A DNA stretch of 64,000 nt from Alphaproteobacteria bacterium (GCA_963665325.3 OZ224045.1:1344001-1408000), one strand, 5' to 3'; shown: positions 31,038 through 42,000, numbered from the stretch's first letter. Made by a program: numbers and translations. The notes: generated by a model from the sequence alone, not told the origin.

Positions 31038-31799
31038 GTGGCAAGGCTCGCGGGTAAAGTAGCGGTGATTACGGGGGCGACCGGGGGCATCGGCGCGGCG
31101 GCCTCGCGGCTGTTCGCGGCCGAGGGGGCGCAACTCATGCTGGTCGATATGGACGCAGGCCGGCTGGAAGCGCTGGCCGGCGAGACCGGCGCGGCCTGGC
31201 ATGCGGGCGACGTGTCGGACCCGGAGGTGAACGAGGCGGTCGCGGCGGCTACCGCCGAACGGTTCGGGGGCATCGACATCGGCCTGCTGAACGCCGGCAT
31301 AGAAGGCGCGCTGGCGCCCATCGGCGACTATACGGTCGAGATGTTCGACCGCGTCATGGCGGTCAATGCGCGCGGCGTCTGGCTCGGCTTAAAGGCGCTG
31401 ATGCCGCATCTGGAGCGGCGCGGCGGCGGGTCGCTGGTGCTGACATCCTCGACCGCGGGCATCCGCGCCGTGCCGGACATGTCGGCCTACACCGCCTCCA
31501 AGCATGCCGTGATCGGGCTGATGCGCTCGGCGGCCATCGAGGGGTCGGCGTCGAACATCCGCGTGAACACGGTCAATCCCTCGCCCATCGACACGCGCAT
31601 GATCCAGAGCCTCGAAGCCATGCACGGCGTGGACGGCTCGGGCGCGAACCAGCCGCTTGCCGGCGCGACGCCGCTGCGCCGCTACGGCGAGCCGGAGGAG
31701 GTCGCGCGGCTGATGCTGTTCCTCGCGAGCGACGAGTCCAGCTTCTGCACCGGCGGCGTTTACATGGTCGATGGCGGCGTCTCTGCCGGACGGCTGTAG
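31038..31799 (+). CDS. Short-chain dehydrogenase/reductase
   Basis: TGATGGIG, LNAGI, S..YTASK, RVN.V.P, VDGG. Confidence 0.93.
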   Translation: MARLAGKVAVITGATGGIGAAASRLFAAEGAQLMLVDMDAGRLEALAGETGAAWHAGDVSDPEVNEAVAAATAERFGGIDIGLLNAGIEGALAPIGDYTVEMFDRVMAVNARGVWLGLKALMPHLERRGGGSLVLTSSTAGIRAVPDMSAYTASKHAVIGLMRSAAIEGSASNIRVNTVNPSPIDTRMIQSLEAMHGVDGSGANQPLAGATPLRRYGEPEEVARLMLFLASDESSFCTGGVYMVDGGVSAGRL

Positions 31800-31881
31800 G
31801 GCCGCGGCCGGGAGACGGGGCGAAACGAGTCCCGTCCCGCCAACCGTCGCCGGGCGCGGCCCCTGACGACCGCTGTCTGCC

Positions 31882-32232
31882 CTAGAAGTGGGCCGCCAGC
31901 TTCTTCAGGCACTCGGCGGCGACGCTTCGATTGGGGTCGGTCGAACCGGGCATCGTCGCCCAGCCGGCATCCATGACCAGCGAGCTACGCTGGTAGGAGC
32001 TGGCGTCCTTGATCTTGGCGAGCGTCTCGATGACTCTCGGATCCTGCTTGGATTGCTCCAGGCAGATCGGCACCAGGCTCGCGACAAGCTCGAGGCGGGC
32101 CTGTTTGGAAGCCATGTCTCTGGCGGTCTCGCCAGTCACCCAGCCGCCCCAGGTGAAGCCGACGGCCGCGACCAGAATGCCACCGACCGCTGCACCCTTG
32201 AGGCCGGTGCCAAGCCATGCGGGAGTTTTCAT
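31882..32232 (-). CDS. Conserved hypothetical small membrane-anchored protein
   Basis: TM segment VGFTWGGWVTG, a Cys pair, GWATMPG; RBS-like AAAGAGGA a short distance upstream. Confidence 0.7.
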   Translation of the reverse strand: MKTPAWLGTGLKGAAVGGILVAAVGFTWGGWVTGETARDMASKQARLELVASLVPICLEQSKQDPRVIETLAKIKDASSYQRSSLVMDAGWATMPGSTDPNRSVAAECLKKLAAHF

Positions 32233-32613
32233 GCGCATTTCCTCTTTCCAGGGAAAGCCCAATCTTCCCCACGACTGTCACTTTATCATAAAATAATCCG
32301 ATAAATTTACCAATTTCCATAAAAATTTTTTATTTGTGAATTCTTGGGCGCCATACTGACGATATTGCGTGAAGATGAACATTTTCGTAATTTCAGATGC
32401 CGTCGTGGCAATTTCGTCTTGGCCGGCACCGCTATGCCGCAAATTATAAGCTTTTCCTATTGCACTTGAGAAAAATCGATACTGGAACCAATGCAGAAAG
32501 TAGAGAATCTTCAACCGCTGGCGATGGCCGGAATGCGTCGCAGGGTATCGAGCTCTGGGCATTTCCCGTGTCCGGGCCGGATGAAGGACGGAGTCATGAG
32601 GACGGGGCGATCG

Positions 32614-35094
32614 ATGAAGACAGTTTTGACATCACTTGCCGTGCTGGCCCTGCTGGCAGCGGGCGCGGCCCATGCCGGCCCGCTGGCGCCGGCGCCGCGC
32701 GTGGTCGCCACATACGACCGGAACTTCATCGAGCGCTCGGGCGCCCAAACGCTCCAGGAACTGCTGGATACGGGCATCATCCGCTACTTCCTCACCGGGG
32801 GCCAGTCGCTGCTCGTCCTGGTGAACGGCAGGCCCTACGCCTCCACCGGCAGCGATCTGGAATCCCTGCCGCTCTCCGCCGTGGAGCGCATCGAGGCCCT
32901 AGGTGGCGAGAGCCTGGGCTCTGTCGGCGGCACTGCGCGCGGCGCCCTGAATATCGTGCTGAGGACGAGCTTAGACGGATTCGAGACCCGCACCGTCACG
33001 CGGTCGCCGAGCCGGGAGGGCGGCGACGCCTGGCAGGGCAGCACCTTCTGGGGCGGTTCGTTCGGCGAGAGAGGACGCATGACCCTCGGCGTGGACGTCA
33101 TCGACCGCCAGGAAATCCCCGGCAGCGAGCGGGTTCACAGCCGCTCCGAATGGGTCGAGGACGGCGAGTTCAGCCAGACGAAGAATGTCAGCATCAGCGG
33201 CAACACCATTTTCGTCGTCCCAGGGGACGTGAGCAACGGCCAATTTACGAGATCCGGCCCGACAAGGTCGGTCGCGCTGGGCGACTGCAACCCGGCGCAC
33301 GGCTATGTCCCCGGCACAAACCCGGCCGGCATCACCAACGGCGACAAGGGCTGCGGCTTCGCCTACGGTGACATCTGGTGGGATACCGCCAGCTATGAAC
33401 AGAAGAGCGCCATACTGAACCTGGACCACCCGCTCGGCGAAAATGCTGATCTCCACCTGGATGCGAACATCACACAGGCAGACTCCGCGTTCCGCTACGC
33501 GCCGTCGGTCGATGTGTTTTCATTCGAGCCCAACGACGACCTGATCCAGGTAATCGGATCGGCATTGAGCGGAGTTGACGTCGACAGCGATGACCGCTTC
33601 GCCGTAGGGCACCGCTTTGTCGGCCACGGAAACCGGGACTGGGTGGCCGAGAGCGAGGAATACGACCTGTCCGTGGGCGTTGAAGGCCGCCTGTCGGAGG
33701 GCCTCGGCTACGATGCGCGCGTCAGGGCCTATCGGTTCGACAGCTCCGTGACCGGCGCCACCCTCGTGCATGCGGGCAGGATAAGGGAGAAAATCGAAGA
33801 GGGAGAGTACGACCTCGAAAACCCGTTTTCCATTGAACAGCTGCATTTGGATGCCATCGAGTACAGCAGCTTGCGGGAGGAAGAAGATTCCGGCGCGGAG
33901 AGCCTTTCGGCCCGGCTGGCGCTGGAGGGATCCGGCTTCGCGATCGGCGGCCGCGATGTGGCATGGACGGCAGGGTTCGAACTGGGGGGAGTCGAGTCGC
34001 ACAGCCTCCTGCGCTTTCGCAGCAATGACGGCATGACCCACAAGGTGACCGAAGTGCTTGGGTCCGGCGGGGTCAGCTATGCCGGCAAGCGCGAGACTGC
34101 TGCGGCTTTTGCGGATATGTCGCTGCCGGTGGCGGACCGGGTCGACCTCAGGGTCGCGGGCCGCGCAACGGAACTCGACGACGTGGGCGGGCTGGGGTCC
34201 TGGCGCGCCGGGGCCGAGTACCGCCCGACCGGCATCTTCACGCTGCGCAGCTCCTTCAGCGCGGCGGAGGGCGCGCCCTCCATGCTGCATCTTTACAGCA
34301 CCGAGTTGCAGACACACCCCTATGTCCTTTGCGATCCGGGCGAAGAGGACCCGCCACGCGATTGCGTGGCGTCGAACCCGCGGCAGGTGACGCAGGAGCT
34401 CACGGGCAACCCGAAGCTCGATCCCGTGAAGGGAGAGAGGCTCTCCTTCGGCGCCGAGGCGCGCCAGGGGCCGTTCTTCCTGGCCGCGGAATGGTACCGG
34501 GTCTCGAACTCCAAGGGGGTGGGGCTGAACAGCGCCACCCATGCCATGCTGAACCTGCCCATATGCGTGGGCGATGCCAGGGAGAACTGCATCGAGCGCA
34601 ATGGCGGCGACATCACCATCCACCGGGGCTTCGAGAATGTCGCCGAGAGCGAGATCACAGGTATCAATACCCGTTTCGGCGGCGGCATGAGAACGAGTTG
34701 GGGCATTGTCGGCATGCGCGGTGCCTGGCGCCATGTCCTCGACACCGACAGGCGCGTTGCGGGCGCGAAAGACCGGATCGTCATCGCCCGGAATGCCGTC
34801 CGCGCCGCGTTCCTGGCGCGGCGCGGCAAACTGAGCGCCATCTGGACCGCCAATTACCGCGCCGGCTTCAAGAACCGGACCGGCAGAGGAGAGTTCCCGT
34901 CCTGGACCGGCCACGATCTGTCGGTGGACTGGGCCGACCCGCTGGGGCTCGACGGCGCACGGGTCTCTGCCGGCGTGTTCAATCTAACCGACAAGCTGCT
35001 GACGACGGATACCTCCGACCCCTCCGCCACGGACGGGCCAACGGCCGCCGGCTGGGGCCGCACCTTCTTCCTCACCCTCAACATGCGCTTCTGA
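32614..35094 (+). CDS. TonB-dependent receptor-like outer membrane protein
   Basis: Signal peptide, plug motifs IERSG..LLVLVNGR..LP..AVERIE..LNIVL, GNP.L.P, V.NL.D, GRTFFL..RF C-terminal Phe. Confidence 0.85.
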   Translation: MKTVLTSLAVLALLAAGAAHAGPLAPAPRVVATYDRNFIERSGAQTLQELLDTGIIRYFLTGGQSLLVLVNGRPYASTGSDLESLPLSAVERIEALGGESLGSVGGTARGALNIVLRTSLDGFETRTVTRSPSREGGDAWQGSTFWGGSFGERGRMTLGVDVIDRQEIPGSERVHSRSEWVEDGEFSQTKNVSISGNTIFVVPGDVSNGQFTRSGPTRSVALGDCNPAHGYVPGTNPAGITNGDKGCGFAYGDIWWDTASYEQKSAILNLDHPLGENADLHLDANITQADSAFRYAPSVDVFSFEPNDDLIQVIGSALSGVDVDSDDRFAVGHRFVGHGNRDWVAESEEYDLSVGVEGRLSEGLGYDARVRAYRFDSSVTGATLVHAGRIREKIEEGEYDLENPFSIEQLHLDAIEYSSLREEEDSGAESLSARLALEGSGFAIGGRDVAWTAGFELGGVESHSLLRFRSNDGMTHKVTEVLGSGGVSYAGKRETAAAFADMSLPVADRVDLRVAGRATELDDVGGLGSWRAGAEYRPTGIFTLRSSFSAAEGAPSMLHLYSTELQTHPYVLCDPGEEDPPRDCVASNPRQVTQELTGNPKLDPVKGERLSFGAEARQGPFFLAAEWYRVSNSKGVGLNSATHAMLNLPICVGDARENCIERNGGDITIHRGFENVAESEITGINTRFGGGMRTSWGIVGMRGAWRHVLDTDRRVAGAKDRIVIARNAVRAAFLARRGKLSAIWTANYRAGFKNRTGRGEFPSWTGHDLSVDWADPLGLDGARVSAGVFNLTDKLLTTDTSDPSATDGPTAAGWGRTFFLTLNMRF

Positions 35095-35149
35095 GAAGAA
35101 GACGGGGCTGGCGGAGTGCTCCGTTCGTATATTTTGAAATAATTCCTCA

Positions 35150-35547
35150 ATAAAGCTTGACTCCTGGAGTATTCGCGCCTAAATGGGCGGGAGGAAGGCG
35201 AAGCGGCATCCGCGGGCCCGTTTCGCTTTTCGTTTCGCGCCGGCGCGAAAAAAACCTGAGAAACCGACGGGAGATGTGCGCCCTGCGTCCGGGCCCACGC
35301 GCGCGCGGGCGCGATCAGGCGCGCGAACCGCGCCGGCGCCAACGGGCGCCCGCCCGCGCGCGATACGCGCGAAACAGGGTCCCCCTTGCCGGGCAGGTCG
35401 GCGACGGGGCAAACGGAACGGAGGGGAGTGAAACGTGATGGAGGCACGGCATGCGGGATACGGACGGACACTCGAAATCTCCTCTCCCGCTCGCGGGAGA
35501 GGTCGGGAGAGGGCCGGGGCGGACCATGACAAAACATGACATATCAT
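35150..35547 (+). other. Dispersed non-coding element, copy 1 (promoter, hairpin, conserved core, CATGACA array); third box split by IS3 and resumes at 38870
   Basis: Shares core blocks and the CATGACA array with 55100-55530 on the minus strand. Confidence 0.75.
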
Positions 35548-35624
35548 TGGAGTGGGCCCCTGGGTCCGGACAGTTTGGTTGAAGGAAATTGACAGGTGCG
35601 CGGGCATTGGAAGGATCACAGCCC

Positions 35625-35975
35625 ATGAGGAAGCACCGCACACACAGCATGGCCTTCAAGCGCCAGGTCGTTGAGGAGTATCTGGCAGGAGAGACATTTT
35701 ACGGTCTGGCCCGCCGTCACGACCTGTCTCGCACTCTGATCCGGCTGTGGTTGGAGAAATACGAGGTGGGCGCCTTCGACGAGGAGGCCGAGGCGGCGGA
35801 CACGCTTCGGGAGTATGAAGCCCGGATCGCGACGCTCGAACGGCTGGTCGGCAAGCAGGCCGCGGAGCTGGAGTTCCTAAAGGGGGCTCTGCGGCAAGGA
35901 CGACGGCCGAGAAACGCGCCCATGTCCGTCATCACCGGCCCGAAGGCCTCTCCGTCGCCGAAGGATGCCGGCTGA
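35625..35975 (+). CDS. IS3 transposase OrfA (HTH)
   Basis: FKRQVV..LARRHDLS..LIRLW, LERLVGKQ..ELEFLK. Confidence 0.88.
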   Translation: MRKHRTHSMAFKRQVVEEYLAGETFYGLARRHDLSRTLIRLWLEKYEVGAFDEEAEAADTLREYEARIATLERLVGKQAAELEFLKGALRQGRRPRNAPMSVITGPKASPSPKDAG

Positions 35976-36557
35976 TGGGGATCGCGCGCTCCAGCTACTA
36001 CCGCGAGCCGCAGAGCCCGGTCGACGACACCGCCCTGGTCGAGGCAATGCACGCGATCAAACGAGTTCGAGGCCTATGGCTGGCGGCGCATGCAGGCGGA
36101 ACTTCGGCACCGGGGCTGGACCGTCAACCACAAGAAGGTCAAGCGGCTGATGCGCGAACACGCCTTGCAGCCGCCGCGCAGGCGCCGCTTTGTCGCCACG
36201 ACGGACAGCGACCACGACGAGCCGATCTTCCCGGACCGGTCCGGGGACTGCGAGGTCGAGGGCCCGAACCGGCTCTGGGTCGCCGACCTGACCTACATCG
36301 CCATCCTCGGCGGCTTCGTCTATCTGGCCGCGATCATGGATGCCTGGTCGCGCCGCATTGTCGGCTATGCGCTCGGCGAACGGATCGATGCCAGGCTCAC
36401 GCTCGCGGCGCTGGACAAGGCGATCGGCAACCGCAACCCGCCGCGCGGCTGCATCCACCACTCCGACAGGGGCTCGCAATACGCCGCTCACGCCTACCGG
36501 ACACGGCTCGACAGGCACGGGCTGAAAGGCTCGATGGGACGACGCGCCAACCCCTAC

Positions 36558-38627
36558 CCCAAGTTTAACAGAGCATTTTGAAGATCATTGATTATCAATG
36601 CCTTACGGAGCAATAATTTCGCGTCTGGCACTACATTTCGGTTATTTCGCCCGGTTCGGGATCAGACGATCATTTTCCTGATGCCTCCAGGGGCGGGGTC
36701 GATGCCGAGCGCGCGATAGATTTCTTGCTGTTCGGGCTCGGCCCGTGTGGCCTTGCGGACATGCAAGGTGCGTCCGTCCTTGCGCCTGAAGGTCGCGGTG
36801 ACCCGCTGCTGGCCTTCGAGGATGGCTCGCAGGCTGGCCCAGCTGGCGTGTTCGCCGTGCTCGGCGAGGCGCCGGCGGATGGTCTGCACCATCTGGTAGG
36901 CGATCACGGTGATGAACAGGTGGCCGTCGGAGCGCCTCTGGGTCTGGTGGAAGATGGGGCGCAGGCCGAGTTCCGACTTGAGCGATCGGAACACCGCCTC
37001 CACATCGGTGAGCGAGGTATAGGTCCGCCACAGCGCCTCCTCGTCCCAGTCCTCGACGTTGGTGCGCAGGCAGTAAACGCCGGGATGGGTGGCCATGGTG
37101 CCGGCGAGCGGGCGGCGCTCCCATGTGACGGCCCGGGCCTTCTCGCCGCTTTCGTCGGCGATGACGTCGATGTCGTAGTGGGCCGCGGCGCCGCGGCTCT
37201 TCTCCCTGATCCGGCCGATCCGCTGCCAGACATGGTCGAGCCGCTTGCGGGTGCGCGGCCGCTTGAGGCCGTCGTGGAGCTTCTGCATCTCGCCCTCGAA
37301 GCGCGCGGCGAAGCGGTTTGCGATGCCCTGTTCCTTCTTCGCCCGCGCCTCGGAGTAGCAGTAGAGCCGCGCCTCTCCAGCTTCGGCGTCGACCGCCTTG
37401 TGGACATGGACCGTCTGGCGCGACCGGGTCTCGATGGCCAGCGCCAGCTCGGGATCGAAGCGGCGGGTGCGTTCCCGGCTGACCGCGAGATAGCGGTAGC
37501 CGTTCGCGCGCAGCCAGGCGATGTTGGCCTCGGTGGCGATCCCCGCATCCATCACCACCAGCGCGTCCGCCGGCGCGCCCAGGGCGCCGAGCATCGACGC
37601 CAGGGTCCTGTCTTCGTTGACCGCGCCCGAGAACACCTCGGAGCGGCGCACGAAGCCCGAGCCGTCGAGCACCAGCCCCAGGGTCAAGAGCGGGCAATCC
37701 GAGCGCTTCTCCTTGGAATGGCCGCGTTCGGCCTTGGCCTGGGCCGCCGCCGCGCCCTCGAAGAAGGTGTTGGTCAGGTCGTACAGCGTCACCGTGTGGC
37801 GCAGGCCGAACAGATCCGTCGCCCGATCGAACAGATGCGCCTCGATCGCCGCGCGCTGCGCCATCAGGGCGTCGGAGGCGCGGTACAGGCGCATCATGCT
37901 CATGCGCTCGAAGTCCACCCCCAGCAACTCGCCGAGCGCCGAACGCTCGCACAGCCAGCGCCAGGAGGCGCGCTCCGAGCCCGGCGCCGCCATGCGCGCG
38001 ATCACGGTGGCCATGGCGAGCGCGCGCTGCGTGCCGTTGAAGCCCAGGCGCTCCAGCAAAGCCTCCAGGCCGAGCCGCTCCATGGCCCACAGCCCGACAT
38101 GCTCGACGCCGACCGAACGCGGGCGGATCAGCTCCAGGGAGCCGACATCCACCGTCTGCAGGTCAGGGCGCCCGGTCCCGCCGGACGGCGCGCTGTTGAG
38201 CAATTGCGCGGCGATGCGCTGGGCGTGCCGCTCGACCTCCTCCGGACAGGACAGCGAAACCAGCTCGGCCTGGCGGTCGAGCTGCTGCTGGATCCGGCTG
38301 CACAGCACCGCCCAGTGCCGCCGCTCGACAGGGAAGTCGCTCCCCAGGTTGAGCAGGGTGCGCTGGCGGATCTTCCCGCCGTCGCGCTCCGAGCGAACAA
38401 GGCGATGGGAATAATAGACCTCGCCGCGCTCGCCGGTTCCGGTCCTGGTGCGGCGAATGAACATGGCGCACAGCATAGGAGCGGGCGCAAGGTCTCGAAA
38501 TCCCCAAGTGAAAATATTATGGCACTACATTGCGCCCCCGGAAACCTCAATCCAGCAATATCAATGGCTTGATGACACCGCGCCGGCCAACCTCGACAAA
38601 ATCGGCCACCAAAACGTTAAACTTGGG
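36558..38627 (-). mobile_element. IS1634-family element, copy 1 (2070 bp)
   Basis: IRs CCCAAGTTTAAC/GTTAAACTTGGG; 4-bp TSD CTAC. Confidence 0.92.
36662..38464 (-). CDS. IS1634-family transposase
   Basis: MFIRR..RQRTLLNLG, YDLTNTFFEG, GHSKEKRSD, MDAG, VEAVFRSLKSELGLRPIFH. Confidence 0.9.
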   Translation of the reverse strand: MFIRRTRTGTGERGEVYYSHRLVRSERDGGKIRQRTLLNLGSDFPVERRHWAVLCSRIQQQLDRQAELVSLSCPEEVERHAQRIAAQLLNSAPSGGTGRPDLQTVDVGSLELIRPRSVGVEHVGLWAMERLGLEALLERLGFNGTQRALAMATVIARMAAPGSERASWRWLCERSALGELLGVDFERMSMMRLYRASDALMAQRAAIEAHLFDRATDLFGLRHTVTLYDLTNTFFEGAAAAQAKAERGHSKEKRSDCPLLTLGLVLDGSGFVRRSEVFSGAVNEDRTLASMLGALGAPADALVVMDAGIATEANIAWLRANGYRYLAVSRERTRRFDPELALAIETRSRQTVHVHKAVDAEAGEARLYCYSEARAKKEQGIANRFAARFEGEMQKLHDGLKRPRTRKRLDHVWQRIGRIREKSRGAAAHYDIDVIADESGEKARAVTWERRPLAGTMATHPGVYCLRTNVEDWDEEALWRTYTSLTDVEAVFRSLKSELGLRPIFHQTQRRSDGHLFITVIAYQMVQTIRRRLAEHGEHASWASLRAILEGQQRVTATFRRKDGRTLHVRKATRAEPEQQEIYRALGIDPAPGGIRKMIV

Positions 38628-39009
38628 CTACGACAACGCCATGATGGAAAGCTTCATGAAAACTCTGAAGGTCGAGGGCGTCTATCCCATGGCCTTCGAG
38701 ACCGCCGAAGACGTCGCACAGCAACTGCCGCGCTTCATCCACAGCTACAACAACAGGCGCCTGCACTCCGCGCTCGGATATCTCAGCCCCAAACTCTTCG
38801 AGGAGAAACAGTCCCGCTACCCTGTCAAAAAGGCCGCATGATACTGTCCGACCCATGGGGCCCACTCCACATGACATCCTGCGGGGTCTCCGCATTTCCG
38901 CCGCGGGCGCTGTCGTTGACACGGTCCCGGTTTCCGCCCAAACCGGGCGACCGGGCCCGCACGCCGTGGCTTTCGCGGGTCCGGTTTCGGCCGCGTCTGG
39001 AAGGGGCCC

Positions 39010-42000
39010 ATGCATCTAGAGTTCCGCCTGTGGCGCTTCACCGAAGGCGTGCGAGGCCGCATCTTCTTCTCGATGGCGGTCGGGCTGCTGGCGGCGGCGC
39101 TGGGCGTGGCGCGGCTGGCGCTGCTCGGCTGGCTGATCGGGCGCGTATTCGCGGGCGTGACGGCGGGCGAACTCGTCTGGCCGATTCTCGGAATCGCCGT
39201 CGTCATGGCGGCGCGAGGCGCCTGCGAGCACTGGCGGACCGTCGTTGCGCACAAGACGGCGGCGCTTGTCCAGAAGCGGCTCCGCCGGATGCTGTTCGAC
39301 CGCGTGGCGGCGCTCGGCCCGTCCTATGTCGGGCGGCGGCGCTCGGGCGCGCTCACGCTTTCGCTTGTGGACGGCGTCGAGCAGCTCGAAACCTATTTCG
39401 GGCAGTATCTGCCGCAGCTCATGGTGTCGTTCGCCACACCGGTGCTCATCTTCGCCTTCGTTGCGTTTATCGACCTGCCGGTGGCTGCCGTCCTGGTCGC
39501 CTTTGCGCTGGCCGCGCTGCTGCTGCCGGCGGCCTGGCACAGCCTCGACGTCATGAGTTCGCGCAAGCGCCAGACGGCGTACGCCGATTTCGCCGCAGAG
39601 TTCCTCGATTCCATCCAGGGCCTCGGCACGCTCAAGGCCTTCGGGCAGAGCACGGCCCGTGCGGACTTGCTGGCGCACAAGGCGCGCGAACTGTTCCGGC
39701 GCACCATGTGGGTGCTCGGCACGAATGTGCTCTCGCGCGGCATTACCGACTGCATGATCGCCATAGGCGCCGCTGCGGGGCTTGCGCTGGGCGCGTCCAG
39801 GGTCGTTTCCGGCGAGATGGAGCTGGTGGGCCTGCTCATCATCCTGATGATGGGCGTCGAGATTTTCCGCCCGATGCGGGACCTACGCGCCGTCCTCCAC
39901 CAGGGCATGGTCGGCCTGTCGGCGGCCCAGGGCATCTACGGCATTCTGGATGCCGAGCCGGAAGTGGCCGACGGCCCCGAGACCCCGGCGGCCGACCGGC
40001 TCGAACCGGCTATCGCCTTCGAGAACGTGACCTTCCGCTATCCGGGCGCGCGCGGCCCCGCCCACCGCGACCTCTCATTTTCCGTCGCGCCGGGGGAACG
40101 CATCGGCGTGGTCGGGCAGAGCGGCTGCGGCAAGACCTCCATCGTGCGCCTGCTGCTGCGCTTCTTCGATCCGGACGCCGGGCGCGTCAAGCTCGGCGGG
40201 ATCGACCTGCGCGACATGAGCTTCGCGCAGATCCGGCGGAACATTTCCGTCGTCAACCAGGACACCTTCCTGTTCCACGGCACCATCGGCGAGAACATCC
40301 ACATGGGCCGCCCGGATGCGAGCGCGGAGGAGGTCGAGGAAGCGGCGCGGATCGCCAACATCAAGGGCTTCATCGGCACGCTGCCGGAGGGCTACGACAC
40401 GATCATCGGAGAGAAGGGCATCAAGCTTTCGGGCGGGCAGCGCCAACGGGTCGCGATTGCCCGCGCTGTGCTTCGGGATACCCCGATCCTGGTGCTGGAC
40501 GAGGCCCTTTCCGCCGTGGACGCCGACAATGAAGCGGTGATCCAGGAAGCGCTCGACCGCCTCATGCAGGGCCGCACGACGCTGATCCTGGCTCACCGGC
40601 TCTCCAGCGTGATCGACTGCGACCGCATCCTCGCCATGGAGGAAGGGCAGGTCGTGGAAAGCGGGCCGCACAGCGAGCTCATGGCGGTGCCGGGAGGCGT
40701 CTATGCCTCGCTCATGCGCGAACAGGCGCGCGAGTCCGAAGAGAGGGACGAAGACGTTCTCATCGACGCCCCGGACCGCCCGACGACCGAGACCCTGGAT
40801 GCGACACCGGGCGGGGCGAAGCACGCGCCAACCGAAGGCATCATCAAGGCGGAGGGCCTCGCCTGGTTCCAGGTCGTCGCCGCGCTCATGCGTGTGATCC
40901 TGCCGTGGAAGGGGCGCCTCGGCCTTACCTTCTTGTTCGGTGTCGTGCGCGTGCTCGCCTTCATAGGCGTGGGCGCTGTGAGCGCGCTCATCGTCTTCAG
41001 TCTGAAGAACGGCGAGCCCTACGACCACCTGCTCGTCTGGCTCTGGGTCCTGGCTCCCATGGCGGGCATCGTCCACTGGCTCGAATCCTGGGTCGCGCAC
41101 GACATGGCGTTCCGCCTGCTGGCGGAAATGCGCGTGGATGCCTTCCGCAAGCTGGACAAGCTCGCGCCCGCCTATCTCGTGCGGCGGCGGACCGGCGACC
41201 TGATGAACCTCGCCACGCACGATATCGAGCTCATCGAGTATTTCTTCGCCCATACGGTCGCGCCGGCCTTCGTCGCGGTGCTGGTGCCGGCCATCGTCAT
41301 CGTCGTGCTCGGCGCAGCTAGCCCGTGGATTGCGCTCGCGCTCGTTCCGTTCCTGGCCGCGGTGGGGCTCAGCCCGTTCCTGATGCGCGGCCGCGTGGAC
41401 CGGCTCGGCTCGAAGGCGCGCGAGGCGGCGGGCGAACTCGGCGCCTACGCCATAGATTCCGTGCAGGGCCTCGGTGAAATCGTCTCCTTCCAGGATGAGC
41501 GCCGGCGCGCCGAGGGTTTCGACCGGCTCGCGGACCGGCATATCGCGCTCCGCCTGCCCTTCTTCGGCGAAGTGACCCTGCAGGAAAGCCTGCTGGAGGT
41601 GTTCACCGGGCTGGGCGGCCTCGCTGTGGTTGTGAGCGGGGCGCTGCTGGTCCAGGCGGGCACGGTCGATTCCGGCGTTCTGCCGCTGCTGGCCCTGCTC
41701 GCCATGTCGGCGTTCCTGCCGGTCTCGGAAATCGCGCAGATCGGCCGGCGCCTTGCGGACACGCTCGGCGCCACCCGGCGCTACTATTCGCTGGAGAACG
41801 AGCCGGTGCCGGTGGAAGACGGGCCGGGCGCTGAGGAGGACGGCGAGGCAGAGGCGGGCCTTGCCCTCGACGGCGTGAATTTTGCCTATCCGGGCCAGGA
41901 CCGCCTCGCGCTCAGCGATGTCACGGTGACGATCCCGGCCGGAAAGACAGTGGCGCTGGTCGGGGCCTCCGGCGCGGGCAAGACCACCACGGCGCAATTG

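Larger units (their letters stand above)
35975..38841 (+). pseudogene. IS3 transposase OrfB, frameshifted near 36060 and interrupted by IS1634
   Basis: YGWRRM, PNRLWVADLTYI, HHSDRGSQY, SMGRRANPY|DNAMMESFMKTLK rejoin across the insertion. Confidence 0.88.
35548..38869 (+). mobile_element. IS3-family element, inactivated, containing a nested IS1634
   Basis: IRs TGGAGTGGGCCCC..GGACAGT / ACTGTCCG..GGGGCCCACTCCA; 3-bp TSD CAT (35545-47, 38870-72). Confidence 0.92.

Noticed and set aside
31801-31880. Type II hammerhead-like arrangement (CGAAAC..GTC..CTGACGA)
   Set aside because: Stem II cannot close (C opposite C) and stem I is offset by extra nucleotides; more likely a simple hairpin between convergent genes
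35340-35385. Hammerhead ribozyme in the conserved core (stem-CGAAAC-AGG-GTC)
   Set aside because: No CUGANGA upstream of the stem in either copy
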